A stretch of DNA of 64,000 nt from Candidatus Niyogibacteria bacterium CG10_big_fil_rev_8_21_14_0_10_46_36 (GTDB taxonomy: Bacteria; Patescibacteriota; Minisyncoccia; 1-14-0-10-42-19): the NCBI GenBank assembly GCA_002772995.1, contig PFCO01000005.1:17001-81000 (forward strand), read 5' to 3'. Below are positions 27,140-36,581 of this stretch, in pieces. The first letter of the stretch is position 1, and each line of letters opens with the position of its first letter. A program made the position numbers and the translations under genes. The notes beneath the pieces are model-generated. The model did not search any database, was not told the origin of the DNA, and was given only the letters and a program-made list of their open reading frames with translations.

Positions 27140-27508
27140 ATGCGCATCTCGCTTTTCCACAATAAAAAATCCCTCTCATTGCTCAAATATGCTGCATTTT
27201 TTATACTGAATATAGCGCTATTTCACAGAGCATCCGCCCAAAGCGAGATAGATAACCCCGTAGATTCGGGCACTTTTGGAGAGCTCATAACCAAAATTGC
27301 TGCCATTATTACCCAGGTGACTCTTCCCTTGGTTATCCTTTTTTTGATACTGGCGGGCGCCATGTTTGTATTCGGACGAGGCAACCCCCAGCAGCTCGCA
27401 CGGGCAAAAACGATATTTTGGTGGACTGTCATTGGTGCTGCAATTATTGTCGGCGCATGGTTTATAGCAATCGCAATAGATAACTTTGGAAGAGCGCTTT
27501 CGGAATAA
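27140..27508 (+). CDS. VirB2/TrbC-like pilin candidate (paralog 2)
   Basis: Signal peptide ...HRASA, helix 1, loop GRGNPQQLARAKT, helix 2. 122 aa. Confidence 0.5.
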   Translation: MRISLFHNKKSLSLLKYAAFFILNIALFHRASAQSEIDNPVDSGTFGELITKIAAIITQVTLPLVILFLILAGAMFVFGRGNPQQLARAKTIFWWTVIGAAIIVGAWFIAIAIDNFGRALSE

Positions 27509-27568
27509 TACACTGCCTTCAGTTCCGCTCATAACGGAATTGAAATCATTGTATTAACAATAAACCGC

Positions 27569-27592
27569 GGAAGGCGCGTCCCGCCTTCTTTA
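27569..27592 (+). terminator. Rho-independent terminator
   Basis: GGAAGGCG-CGTCC-CGCCTTC followed by TTTAT. Confidence 0.45.
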
Positions 27593-27633
27593 TGAAAAGG
27601 TCATTTACATCCATTTAATTTATTTATTACACC

Positions 27634-27990
27634 ATGATACAGACACTCAAAGACACACGCCCGCTTCTTTGGTTTGCGGCACTCGCGGTGCTCATGCTTC
27701 CATTCTTAGCGGAAGCACAAACCATTAACACATTGCTTCAGGATATAAGCGACATCTTGAACACGGTTATTCCGATCTTGATGATTTTGGCAACTCTCAT
27801 CTTCTTGTGGGGTATTATCACCTACATCACTGCAGCAGGAGACGAAGAGAAGCTGAAGAGCGCACGCACATACATCATTTGGGGACTCATCGGACTCTTT
27901 GTAATGGTTGCGGTATGGGGACTCGTACAAGTATTGCTGAACACGTTCGGCGTAGGAACACCGGGAACGCCTCTTGGACCTCAACAATAA
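27634..27990 (+). CDS. VirB2/TrbC-like pilin candidate (paralog 3)
   Basis: Signal peptide ...FLAEA, helix 1, loop AAGDEEKLKSART, helix 2. 118 aa. Confidence 0.5.
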   Translation: MIQTLKDTRPLLWFAALAVLMLPFLAEAQTINTLLQDISDILNTVIPILMILATLIFLWGIITYITAAGDEEKLKSARTYIIWGLIGLFVMVAVWGLVQVLLNTFGVGTPGTPLGPQQ

Positions 27991-28001
27991 TTCCAACTTT
28001 T

Positions 28002-28047
28002 AAAAACAAAAACCGTCCTCGGGAACGCCGGGGCGGTTTTTGTTTTT
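28002..28047 (+). terminator. Rho-independent terminator (14-bp stem AAAAACAAAAACCG / CGGTTTTTGTTTTT)
   Basis: Perfect 14-bp inverted repeat with a GC-rich interior and a T-rich 3' arm/tail. Confidence 0.5.
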
Positions 28048-28098
28048 GTCCTCTTAAGACAATAGACAACTAATTTTCTAACAGGGTATACTAGAGAT

Positions 28099-28434
28099 AT
28101 GAAACATCTGGTAAAAATATATACGATTACTTATGCATTTTTCGGTGCTCACACCGCGCTTGCCCAGCAAGGCGACTACACCATAGAAGGACTAGTGAAT
28201 AAGATAATACAGCTGGTTATCAACCCCCTCATCACCCTTCTCATGGTGGTGGGAACGGTGGTGTTTTTGTGGGGACTCGTCGAATTTCTTATGAGCCCTG
28301 ATAACGAAGAAAAGCGAAGCACCGGAAAGCGCCACATGATGTGGGGTATCATCGGGCTGTTTTTAATGGCAAGTGCATGGGGCATCGTTTATGTCCTCTG
28401 CGACTTTTTTGAGACTTGCAGCCTGATACTTTAA
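28099..28434 (+). CDS. VirB2/TrbC-like pilin candidate (paralog 4)
   Basis: Signal peptide ...HTALA, helix 1, loop SPDNEEKRSTGKR, helix 2. 111 aa. Confidence 0.5.
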   Translation: MKHLVKIYTITYAFFGAHTALAQQGDYTIEGLVNKIIQLVINPLITLLMVVGTVVFLWGLVEFLMSPDNEEKRSTGKRHMMWGIIGLFLMASAWGIVYVLCDFFETCSLIL

Positions 28435-31049
28435 CTTTTTTTAGTGTTTTTTACCGTCTGCAGATCGGCCCATGTAAGGCCGATTTTTGTTTCTACGGGA
28501 AAATCTATGTCTGTATGTGGATGTATGTTCTCAAGAACGGCGGGAATGAACGCGCTTGCTTCTTCGCTCACCCGCTCGTCAACCTCAAAAAGAAGTTCGT
28601 CATGTATCTGCAAAATAAGCTTCGCTTTTCCTTTAAGCGTTTTGTTTTTTTCTATCTCTCGAGACGCTTCGCTCATTGCTTTTTTAATCATGTCAGCCTC
28701 GCTCCCCTGTATGGGCGCGTTTATTGCCATACGCTCCGCCTCCCGCTGGATATGAATGACCCGCGAACGGATATCGGGCAAAAAGCGCTTTCGTCCGAAC
28801 ATTGTCTCAACATATCCGTTTTTTCGCGCCTGCTCCTTTACCGTCTCAAAATAGGCAAATAATTTCGGATATTGGCGGAAATAATTATCCAAGAATAACC
28901 CCGCTTCGTTCCGCGACACCTCCAGGTTTTGGGAAAGCGCCTGCACCCCCATGCCATACAATATCCCGAAGTTTATCACTTTTGCGCGCCTCCGCATTTC
29001 TGCAGTGATGTCTTTTTCGGGAACGGAAAACATTTGTGCGGCTGTTGCGCTATGGATATCCTCGCCCCTGCGAAATACCGCGAGCATTTTTTCTTCTCCC
29101 GATAACAATGCAGCTATACGCAGCTGGATCTGGGAATAATCACACGCGAGAAGAACTTTTTGAGGCCCTGCAACAAATGCCCGCCGTATGTGGTCTCCCA
29201 AAAGTGAACGCGTAGGAATATTTTGCATATTCGGATCGGATGACGAAAGCCTGCCGGTTACCGTTCCTGTCTGATGAAATACAGAGTGAATCCTCCCGTC
29301 GCTTCCGGCAAGCTTCGGCAGAACACTTATGTATGTTGAATGAATCTTTCCTATTTCGCGATACGCCATTATCTTTTCAATAATGGGATGCGCTCCCTTT
29401 AATTTTGTGAGTTCAGAAAACCGTGTGGAACGCTGTCCCGTTCCTGTTTTTTTTACGCCCTTTGCCGATATCCCCAGCACATCAAAAAGTATGCGCCCCA
29501 GCTCTTTCGGGGAATTGATTAAAAATTTTTCTCCCGCATACGCATGGATTTCCTTTTCTAAAGCAACGAGCTCTGCGCCCGTCTTTTTTTCAAGCTGCTC
29601 AAGCGCTGTTTTGTTAATGCATATACCCTCTTTCTCCATGGAAAAGAGCACCGGAACTACGGGCATTTCTATCTCGCGGTATACGCGCAGTAAATCTTTT
29701 TCTTCTAATTCAGACACAAGCTCCTCATACAACTCGGGGAGAAGGCCGAGATAGCCTTCTGTGGTCTTTTTTTTGCCCGGACGGAGCGTCTGCGCCACAT
29801 CTTCTAAAGACGGGTCGGTTTTACGCGGATCTTTCAGCCAAAACAATATCTGGATATCATCGGTAAATGAAAGTGATACGCCACAGCGGTCAAAAACATG
29901 CATGAGCGACTTTGCGTCAAACGCTTTTTGGCCTTTTTTCTCTTGCAGCGCAATATATTGTTTTTTGTATTTTGGTATATCTTGCTCCGGCAAGGCAAAT
30001 ATGCGCTTTGCATCAGTAACAACAAACGCCGTTCCGTCATAAAATGCCCAGAAGAGAGACTCCGCGCGCAAAATCTCCTTCCATGATTGAGCGGTGAGGC
30101 TGCTTGCCGCAGAAGAGTCTTTGTCTGCTTTTTCCTGAGCGCCGCTCCTCTGAACACGTTCAATGATGCTTGTAAAACCAAGCTTCGAAAGAAACAAAAC
30201 CCCCTCTTCTGAAATGCCATCCCTGTGTGCGGCTTCTTCCAAAGAAAAAGATACGGGAACATCGCGCTTAATGGTCGCGAGCTCTTTTGAGAATGCAGCA
30301 CCTTCTGCTTGATCGCACAACAGCCCAATGATGCGGTCTTTAATGCCCGCGGACTTGAGTTTTTCAGGGTTTTTCTTCGCAAGTGACAGTATGTTTTCAA
30401 GCGTTCCAAAATGAGAAATCAGAGTTGATGCTGTTTTTTCTCCTATGCCTTTCACACCCGGAATATTGTCTGACGGATCGCCGCGAAGACCCTTAAAATC
30501 AACGAGCAATTCGGGAGAAAACCCAAATCGCTCCTCCACCGCTTTTTCGTCATACAGCACGGTATCTTGTATACCCTTTCGCAGCGTGTATACCTGCACG
30601 CGCGCGCCATCAACAAGCTGAAGCGCATCAAGATCCCCCGAGGCAATAATAATAGAAAGGTTTTTTGTTTTTTTAACTTTTTGTACGATTGTCCCGATAA
30701 CATCATCGGCCTCAAATCCGTCTTTGGAGTACGCGGGTATGTGGAACGCGCGCAAAAGATCGCGCGAAATATCAAATTGCGAAACAAGCTCATCGTCTGT
30801 TTCCGCGCGGGTCCCCTTGTACGCCTCATACGCTGCGTGCCGGAATGTCGGCGCCTTTACATCATACGCTGCGGCAATATAATCAGGTTTTAATTCCCTG
30901 ATTATTTTTAATATCATGGTCGCAAAGCCATACAAAGCGCCCGTCGGCTGGCCGTCGGGGGATGTAAACGAAGGAAGCGCATGATACGCCCGGTGCAGTA
31001 TTGCGTGCGCATCAAGCAAAACGAGTGTTTTTGTTTTATGCATAGTCAT
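28431..31049 (-). CDS. polA: DNA polymerase I
   Basis: The 5'-3' exonuclease N-domain (LVLLDAHAILHRAYHA) and Pol A palm motifs (DYSQIQLRIAAL, ...RRRAKVINFGILYG, ...QIHDELLFEV). Confidence 0.9.
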   Translation of the reverse strand: MTMHKTKTLVLLDAHAILHRAYHALPSFTSPDGQPTGALYGFATMILKIIRELKPDYIAAAYDVKAPTFRHAAYEAYKGTRAETDDELVSQFDISRDLLRAFHIPAYSKDGFEADDVIGTIVQKVKKTKNLSIIIASGDLDALQLVDGARVQVYTLRKGIQDTVLYDEKAVEERFGFSPELLVDFKGLRGDPSDNIPGVKGIGEKTASTLISHFGTLENILSLAKKNPEKLKSAGIKDRIIGLLCDQAEGAAFSKELATIKRDVPVSFSLEEAAHRDGISEEGVLFLSKLGFTSIIERVQRSGAQEKADKDSSAASSLTAQSWKEILRAESLFWAFYDGTAFVVTDAKRIFALPEQDIPKYKKQYIALQEKKGQKAFDAKSLMHVFDRCGVSLSFTDDIQILFWLKDPRKTDPSLEDVAQTLRPGKKKTTEGYLGLLPELYEELVSELEEKDLLRVYREIEMPVVPVLFSMEKEGICINKTALEQLEKKTGAELVALEKEIHAYAGEKFLINSPKELGRILFDVLGISAKGVKKTGTGQRSTRFSELTKLKGAHPIIEKIMAYREIGKIHSTYISVLPKLAGSDGRIHSVFHQTGTVTGRLSSSDPNMQNIPTRSLLGDHIRRAFVAGPQKVLLACDYSQIQLRIAALLSGEEKMLAVFRRGEDIHSATAAQMFSVPEKDITAEMRRRAKVINFGILYGMGVQALSQNLEVSRNEAGLFLDNYFRQYPKLFAYFETVKEQARKNGYVETMFGRKRFLPDIRSRVIHIQREAERMAINAPIQGSEADMIKKAMSEASREIEKNKTLKGKAKLILQIHDELLFEVDERVSEEASAFIPAVLENIHPHTDIDFPVETKIGLTWADLQTVKNTKKS

Positions 31050-31504
31050 GATACTAATGAGACGGAGATGCCGCGCATAGTGCCTTTTTTATGGCGGAAC
31101 CGTATTTCAAATCTTTGTTTCGGCAAGAATGAGACTATCCGTTCTGGCCACTCAATAAAAATGATGTTTTTGGGATCCGAAAAAATGTTGCCCCACCCCA
31201 GAGAAGTGATATCCTTTGCTGACCGCAACCGGTATGCGTCAATATGATGGAGCTGCGTGTGTTTTCTACTCTTCTTTATTGTATACGATTTCAATAAAAC
31301 AAATGTCGGGCTTTGGATGCCCACACGTATACCAAACCCCAATGCTACTCCCTTCATACATGTAGTTTTTCCGCTTCCCAGATCGCCGGACAAGCCAACT
31401 ACAAGAGCGCCCTTTGAGGAAAGCGCCTGTATCGCGCGGGCAAATGCTGCTCCAAACCGCTTTGTTTCTTTTTCGCTCTCTGATGTGTAATGAAATAATT
31501 GCAT
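31046..31504 (-). CDS. tsaE: tRNA threonylcarbamoyladenosine biosynthesis ATPase TsaE
   Basis: GDLGSGKTT P-loop, QSPTF, HIDAYRL. Confidence 0.8.
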   Translation of the reverse strand: MQLFHYTSESEKETKRFGAAFARAIQALSSKGALVVGLSGDLGSGKTTCMKGVALGFGIRVGIQSPTFVLLKSYTIKKSRKHTQLHHIDAYRLRSAKDITSLGWGNIFSDPKNIIFIEWPERIVSFLPKQRFEIRFRHKKGTMRGISVSLVS

Positions 31505-31532
31505 AGCGTCTCTTGATACTATACTAGGATGA

Positions 31533-31562
31533 ATAAAAAAAGCTAACGCGGAAAGCGTTAGC
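31533..31562 (-). terminator. Rho-independent terminator for the downstream His-rich ORF
   Basis: On the minus strand: GCTAACGC-TTTCC-GCGTTAGC followed by TTTTTTTATT. Confidence 0.5.
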
Positions 31563-31572
31563 GGAATATATC

Positions 31573-31806
31573 TTAACGATGACGGTTATGGTGGTTGTTC
31601 TGGTGGCGATTATTATAATTGCGGTCGTTGTGGCGACGGTCGTGATGACGGTTATGGTGGCGGTTGTGCGAATGAGGCCTTTGAATCTGATAGATGTAGC
31701 CAGGCGGATATCCGTGGTGGTAATAACCGCGATAATAGCCGCCGGTCACCACACATGAAGAAAGAAAAAGAGCTATTGCAATCAGAAAAAATACTGTCTT
31801 ATACAT
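31573..31806 (-). CDS. Small secreted His/Arg/Asn-rich protein
   Basis: Signal/lipobox-like N-terminus (LFLSSC), then GYYRGYYHHGYPPGY and HSHNRHHNRHHDRRHNDRNYNNRHQNNHHNRHR. Confidence 0.35.
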   Translation of the reverse strand: MYKTVFFLIAIALFLSSCVVTGGYYRGYYHHGYPPGYIYQIQRPHSHNRHHNRHHDRRHNDRNYNNRHQNNHHNRHR

Positions 31807-31860
31807 GCCACACCTCCTTTGGTTTTGATTTTGCTTTTCTTACCGTATCACGCCAGAACA

Positions 31861-31903
31861 AAAAAAGAAAGGCTGGAAGTTTTATAAAAAACTCCAGCCT
31901 TTG
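31861..31903 (-). terminator. Rho-independent terminator
   Basis: GGCTGGA(A)GTTTT / AAAACTCCAGCC stem. On the minus strand it is followed by TTTCTTTTTTTG. Confidence 0.45.
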
Positions 31904-31905
31904 AT

Positions 31906-32274
31906 TTATCGCCAAATATCGTATATTTCCTGAGCAGTTGCCGCTCCGCCGGAGATCATCTGTCCGCCAACGAATATGGTTTCTAAAATTTTATCCGTTT
32001 TAGATCTTCCGTAATTTCCGCCGTAACTTCCATATCCGTTTCTGTATATGTTCCCACTATATGTATTGCGCGTATGGGGATAGATGGCTCGCTCATAGCA
32101 ATGGCCTCTTATTTCTCCGTACATGCCCTCTATCGGCTGGCAACCCGCAGAAACAACTACCTTTTCCTTCGGTCTGTATGCGATAACGCCAAAGTCATCA
32201 CCTGCCTGTCCCACTACCGGGAACACGGCAACGGCAATAAATAAAACCATGAGTAACGCTATCAATCTTTTCAT
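31906..32274 (-). CDS. Small secreted Gly/Tyr-rich protein
   Basis: Start at MKRLIALL (ATG 32274) with GGAGG upstream. Signal peptide, then YGGNYG repeats. Confidence 0.4.
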   Translation of the reverse strand: MKRLIALLMVLFIAVAVFPVVGQAGDDFGVIAYRPKEKVVVSAGCQPIEGMYGEIRGHCYERAIYPHTRNTYSGNIYRNGYGSYGGNYGRSKTDKILETIFVGGQMISGGAATAQEIYDIWR

Positions 32275-32409
32275 TTTTGCCTCCTTGCCCAAACATCCCA
32301 GCATACAAAAGGATAGGGCTTTTTGATTTTTTAAAAGAGTTCTCCTAGTTTCAATTTGGATTATATCAAATTTTTATAAAAAAGTCAATAACTAAAACAC
32401 CTTATTTTA

Positions 32410-32444
32410 AGCCAAAATAAACGGCTCACACGCCGTGTGAGCCG
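32410..32444 (-). terminator. Rho-independent terminator
   Basis: CGGCTCACAC / GTGTGAGCCG stem. On the minus strand it is followed by TTTATTTTGG. Confidence 0.45.
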
Positions 32445-32459
32445 TTTAACTCCCTATCG

Positions 32460-33407
32460 CTAGAGAGATGGCGGGGTTACTAAAAACCGGTCTATCACCC
32501 GCTCCATTGCAGCAAGCGAAGTGGTAATAATGAGAATCTTCCGGTTAAAAAATCCATATACAAGTATCGTCTGCCCTTGGTCGTTTTGAAGGAACCGGAC
32601 GTCTTGGTTTTTAATTATCGTATCTTGAAACCGTTCAAATTTGCGCTCAGGCGACCCTTGCGGAAGGAGATTCCGAATCGCTAACGGCTGCTCTTGCTCC
32701 CACGCAAGCATGCCTGCAAACGCTTGCTCAAACGATGTCACCGGAATAATAAATACTGGCTTTGCGCCTTCCGGTGTTCCAAATATACCAAGCGTCCACG
32801 GCGCGGTCATGCTCACACGGAGCGAAGGAGGCAGCTGAATCCCCAAAAAATCAAACCATTCCCCCGGAGAAAGATACCGTTGCCGGAGCTCATTGAATAC
32901 GAATACGCCAAGCATCTGCTGTTCGGGTATGCTTCGCAATAATAAATTTTGCCACTCTGGAACAAAGTCAGAAGGCGAATTCCGCACGGTTATCGTCCGT
33001 TCATCAAATAACGGATAGACTGGCGCCGGCTTCTCGATGCGCGGCGCTATCTGCATGCCGCCGTTCTGTAAAAAAAGAAATCCGGCAACGCCAATGCCGC
33101 CGAGCATCACAATAATGACTAAAATAAAAATAATTTTTTTGTAGTTTGTGCGGGCCTCCGGCGCTTGAACTATCTTTTTCTTGCTCTGCTGTGCTGCCAA
33201 CGATGTCATAGACACCCCTTTTTCTTTCACAAACCGTTCGGCGTCCGCGCGGAATGTCCGAAGACGCGAAAGCCCTCCCTGATCTTTTTCGGGTTGCTGG
33301 GGCAGAGCAGTTTGCTGCTCCGGAGCGGCCCCTTGTTGCCGCGCCCGCCCTTTTAATTGTTGGTTGTCTTGCGAAGAGTCGCGTGGTTCTTGTGGTGAGC
33401 CGTTCAT
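32460..33407 (-). CDS. Hypothetical membrane-anchored protein (Q/P-rich N-term, single TM, C-terminal globular domain)
   Basis: 315 aa with TM IIFILVIIVMLGGIGVAGFLFL. Confidence 0.45.
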   Translation of the reverse strand: MNGSPQEPRDSSQDNQQLKGRARQQGAAPEQQTALPQQPEKDQGGLSRLRTFRADAERFVKEKGVSMTSLAAQQSKKKIVQAPEARTNYKKIIFILVIIVMLGGIGVAGFLFLQNGGMQIAPRIEKPAPVYPLFDERTITVRNSPSDFVPEWQNLLLRSIPEQQMLGVFVFNELRQRYLSPGEWFDFLGIQLPPSLRVSMTAPWTLGIFGTPEGAKPVFIIPVTSFEQAFAGMLAWEQEQPLAIRNLLPQGSPERKFERFQDTIIKNQDVRFLQNDQGQTILVYGFFNRKILIITTSLAAMERVIDRFLVTPPSL

Positions 33408-33421
33408 GTCATAAAGACAAC

Positions 33422-35584
33422 TTAGCGACGGCGCTTTCTTTGCTCATAGTGCTTGTGATCGTCGGGGTCGTTATTCTCAGGAAAATCAGATTGTTTCATG
33501 TCCGGGCGTGCCGCCTTGTGCGACAAGTTAATGCGCCCCTGGTCATCAATATCCTTTACCTTGACCGGGATCATATCCCCAGGCTTTACGATATCGGTTA
33601 CTTTGCGCACATGCCATGGAGCAAGTTCTGAAATATGCACAAGCCCTTCTTGGCCGGGCGCAATTTCAACCATCGCCCCAAACTCAAAAATGCGCGTCAC
33701 TTTTCCAACAACTTCCTCGCCGGACTGAAATTCCTTTGTGAGCAGTAAAATCATTTCTTCCGCCTTCTTCCCTCCTTCTTGCGTTGTAGAAGTGATGAAT
33801 ATGCTCCCGTCTTGTTCAATATCAATAGCGGCTCCGGTCTGGTCAATTATCTTATTGATAACCTTCCCCCCCGGACCGATAACATCCTTTATTTTTTCGG
33901 GATTAATGGAAAGAATAATGATGCGCGGAGCGTGTTTAGACAGTTCCGCGCGCGGTTCTTTAATCGCGCCCGCAATAACACCAAGGATTTGTGTACGCGC
34001 TTTTTTAGCAGCAGCCATCGCGTCTTTTAATATGTCAACCGTTACTCCTTCTACTTTAACATCCATCTGAATGGCCGTTAAGCCGTCTGCGGTTCCCGCG
34101 GCTTTAAAATCCATATCACCATGATGATCCTCGGGTCCCTGGATATCGGTAAGCACCTTGTATTCTTTTTCATTTTTCATCATGAGGCCCATGGCAATGC
34201 CGGCGACCGGTTTTTTAATAGGGATGCCCGCATCCATCATGGCCAAGGTAGATGCACACACAGACGCCATCGAAGTAGAGCCGTTTGAAGACATAGCCTC
34301 CGAAACTATTCGTATCGTATAAGGAAACTCGTTTTGCGGAGGAATAACCGGAATGAGCGCGCGTTCTGCAAGAGCGCCGTGCCCTATTTCGCGCCTCCCG
34401 GGAGAGCCCATGCGGCCCACCTCTCCGGTTGAGAACGGCGGAAAGTTATAGTGGTGCATAAACCGCTTTTTTGTTTTTATCTCCATCCCCTCGATGAGCT
34501 GCACATCGCTTGGCGCACCAAGCGTTACAAGGGATAAAATATGCGTCTCGCCCCGGTAAAAAATACCCGAACCATGCGTGCGCGGCAACACTCCCACCAT
34601 TGCTTTCAATTCTCGCACCTCATCAAGCGCACGCTTATCAGGACGCTTGTCTTCCTTGAAAATGTTTTCGTGCACTATTTCGTCAATAAATTCTTCGAAT
34701 ATATCGTCCGCCGCATTCAGCGCATCAGGGTTGTGCTCTTCAACAAAACTCATCCATTCTTTTTTCAGCTCTCCGATCCGGAAATTGCGTGTCGGCTTAT
34801 CAAAAATATAAACAATGTCGTTTAAGCGTTCCATGAAGTGCTTACGAAACATATCGGATACTTCAGGAACATCGCCGAATAGCGGCACCTCCTTCTTCTC
34901 TTTGCCGGTTTTTTCTATAATGTCCCGCTGGAATGCTTCAATCTTTTTCATCTCTGCAAGCGCGTGCGTAAAGGCTTCGGCCATCCGGTCTTCGCTTACT
35001 TCATTCGTGCCCGCCTCAATCATGTTTATTTTGCCATCCTTGCCGGACACAATGACATCCATGCTGCCCGCCTCACGTTCCTTGTATGTCGGGTTGGTAA
35101 TGAATGAGGACACGTTTCCTCCTATGCGCACTGCGGAGACGGGACCCGCCCAAGGAATATCGGATGTTGCGAGCGCGAGAGAAGCTGCGATAACCGCCGG
35201 AATATCCGGGTCATTTTCACCGTCAACGGAAAGCGTAGTAACTACAACCTGAATCGCATTTCGTATTTTTTTATTAAAAAGGGGCCGCAGTGTGCGATCT
35301 ATCAAACGGCCGACAAGTACCGCTTCTTCCGACGGTCTGCCTTCCCGGCGCATAAAGCGCGAGCCCAAAATTGCGCCTGCCGCGTAGAATTTTTCTTCGT
35401 AATCAACGGTGAGCGGAAAATACCCGACTGATTCGCGGGGTTCTTCAGACATGGTTGCCGTCGCAAAAACGACCGTTTCGCCGAAGTGGACGGTAACCGA
35501 CCCGTTAGCGTGCATCGCTAGGTCTGAAAATTCAACAATAAGCTTTCGACCGCCTATTTCGGTCTCAAAAGTTTGTGTAGACAT
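33422..35584 (-). CDS. pnp: Polyribonucleotide nucleotidyltransferase (PNPase)
   Basis: Two RNase PH domains, a KH domain and an S1 domain (GEEVVGKVTRIFEFGAMVEI). Confidence 0.9.
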   Translation of the reverse strand: MSTQTFETEIGGRKLIVEFSDLAMHANGSVTVHFGETVVFATATMSEEPRESVGYFPLTVDYEEKFYAAGAILGSRFMRREGRPSEEAVLVGRLIDRTLRPLFNKKIRNAIQVVVTTLSVDGENDPDIPAVIAASLALATSDIPWAGPVSAVRIGGNVSSFITNPTYKEREAGSMDVIVSGKDGKINMIEAGTNEVSEDRMAEAFTHALAEMKKIEAFQRDIIEKTGKEKKEVPLFGDVPEVSDMFRKHFMERLNDIVYIFDKPTRNFRIGELKKEWMSFVEEHNPDALNAADDIFEEFIDEIVHENIFKEDKRPDKRALDEVRELKAMVGVLPRTHGSGIFYRGETHILSLVTLGAPSDVQLIEGMEIKTKKRFMHHYNFPPFSTGEVGRMGSPGRREIGHGALAERALIPVIPPQNEFPYTIRIVSEAMSSNGSTSMASVCASTLAMMDAGIPIKKPVAGIAMGLMMKNEKEYKVLTDIQGPEDHHGDMDFKAAGTADGLTAIQMDVKVEGVTVDILKDAMAAAKKARTQILGVIAGAIKEPRAELSKHAPRIIILSINPEKIKDVIGPGGKVINKIIDQTGAAIDIEQDGSIFITSTTQEGGKKAEEMILLLTKEFQSGEEVVGKVTRIFEFGAMVEIAPGQEGLVHISELAPWHVRKVTDIVKPGDMIPVKVKDIDDQGRINLSHKAARPDMKQSDFPENNDPDDHKHYEQRKRRR

Positions 35585-35704
35585 AGAGCAGAAACACCGC
35601 TCTCCAGATTTTAGATTAGCTAGACGCCTAGATAATCTACCTATCCAAAGACCGATGCTTTGTTTTATAAATAATAATTATGTGCGCACTTTATAGGCAC
35701 ACTA

Positions 35705-36229
35705 TCATCTTTTTCCTGAGGGCGCAAGAAGAAACTTCTTTGACGAATCAAGATCTATAAAATCGTCAGCAACCTCAATCAGCTGCGCAGAAGTAGAACG
35801 CCCGAACGCGATAACTTCGACTTGCCGTCCTTTGTTCTTTAGATACTCAACAAGCGAAACAAAATCTCCGTCACCCGAAACGATGATGATTACATCAACC
35901 ACCTCAGAAAATCGTATGGCATCCACCACGATACCGACATCCCAGTTTCCCTTTTTCGCGCCACCATAAAACTCCTGCAACTGCCGCTCGCGCATCTCAA
36001 TACCCATCTTCTCAAGCGCCCCCAAGAATGCCTTTTCCGTTCCCATCTTCGTGGTCACAACATAGGCAACCGCACGCACGAGCTGACGGCCAGCACGCGC
36101 GGCTTTTACTACCTCATTAAAATTGACGCGCTTATTATAAAGAGAGCGCGCAGAATGATACAAGTTCTGAACATCAATAAGGATCGCTACCCGCTGATCC
36201 TTATGCTTAAATATTTTTTTCCCTGGCAT
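35705..36229 (-). CDS. NYN-domain (LabA/DUF88-like) protein
   Basis: VAILIDVQNLYHSARSL...VDVIIIVSGDGDF. Confidence 0.65.
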   Translation of the reverse strand: MPGKKIFKHKDQRVAILIDVQNLYHSARSLYNKRVNFNEVVKAARAGRQLVRAVAYVVTTKMGTEKAFLGALEKMGIEMRERQLQEFYGGAKKGNWDVGIVVDAIRFSEVVDVIIIVSGDGDFVSLVEYLKNKGRQVEVIAFGRSTSAQLIEVADDFIDLDSSKKFLLAPSGKR

Positions 36230-36495
36230 TATTTTTTGAGTCCTACTTTCTTAATAATACTATTATATCGCTTTTGGTCGGTGCGCGATAAATAGTCAAT
36301 GAGAGCCTTGCGTTTCGCGACCATTTTTAAAAGGCCGCGCCGCGAATGGTTGTCTTTTGCGTGGTTTTTGAGATGGGAAGTAAGCCGCTTAATTTCTTCC
36401 GAAAGAATGGCTATCTGCACCTCCGATGAGCCGGTATCCGATTCATGGAGCCTATATTTATCGATTATTCGCTGTTTTTGCTTTACATTAAGCAT
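36229..36495 (-). CDS. rpsO: 30S ribosomal protein S15
   Basis: [39 protein letters not shown]. Confidence 0.9.
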   Translation of the reverse strand: MLNVKQKQRIIDKYRLHESDTGSSEVQIAILSEEIKRLTSHLKNHAKDNHSRRGLLKMVAKRKALIDYLSRTDQKRYNSIIKKVGLKK

Positions 36496-36581
36496 TATTC
36501 GCCCATAATAGCATATTTATCCCCAAAAGGCAATATTTCAGGGGCCTGTTACGGAAAGGGTAAATATTGTGCGACATAAAT

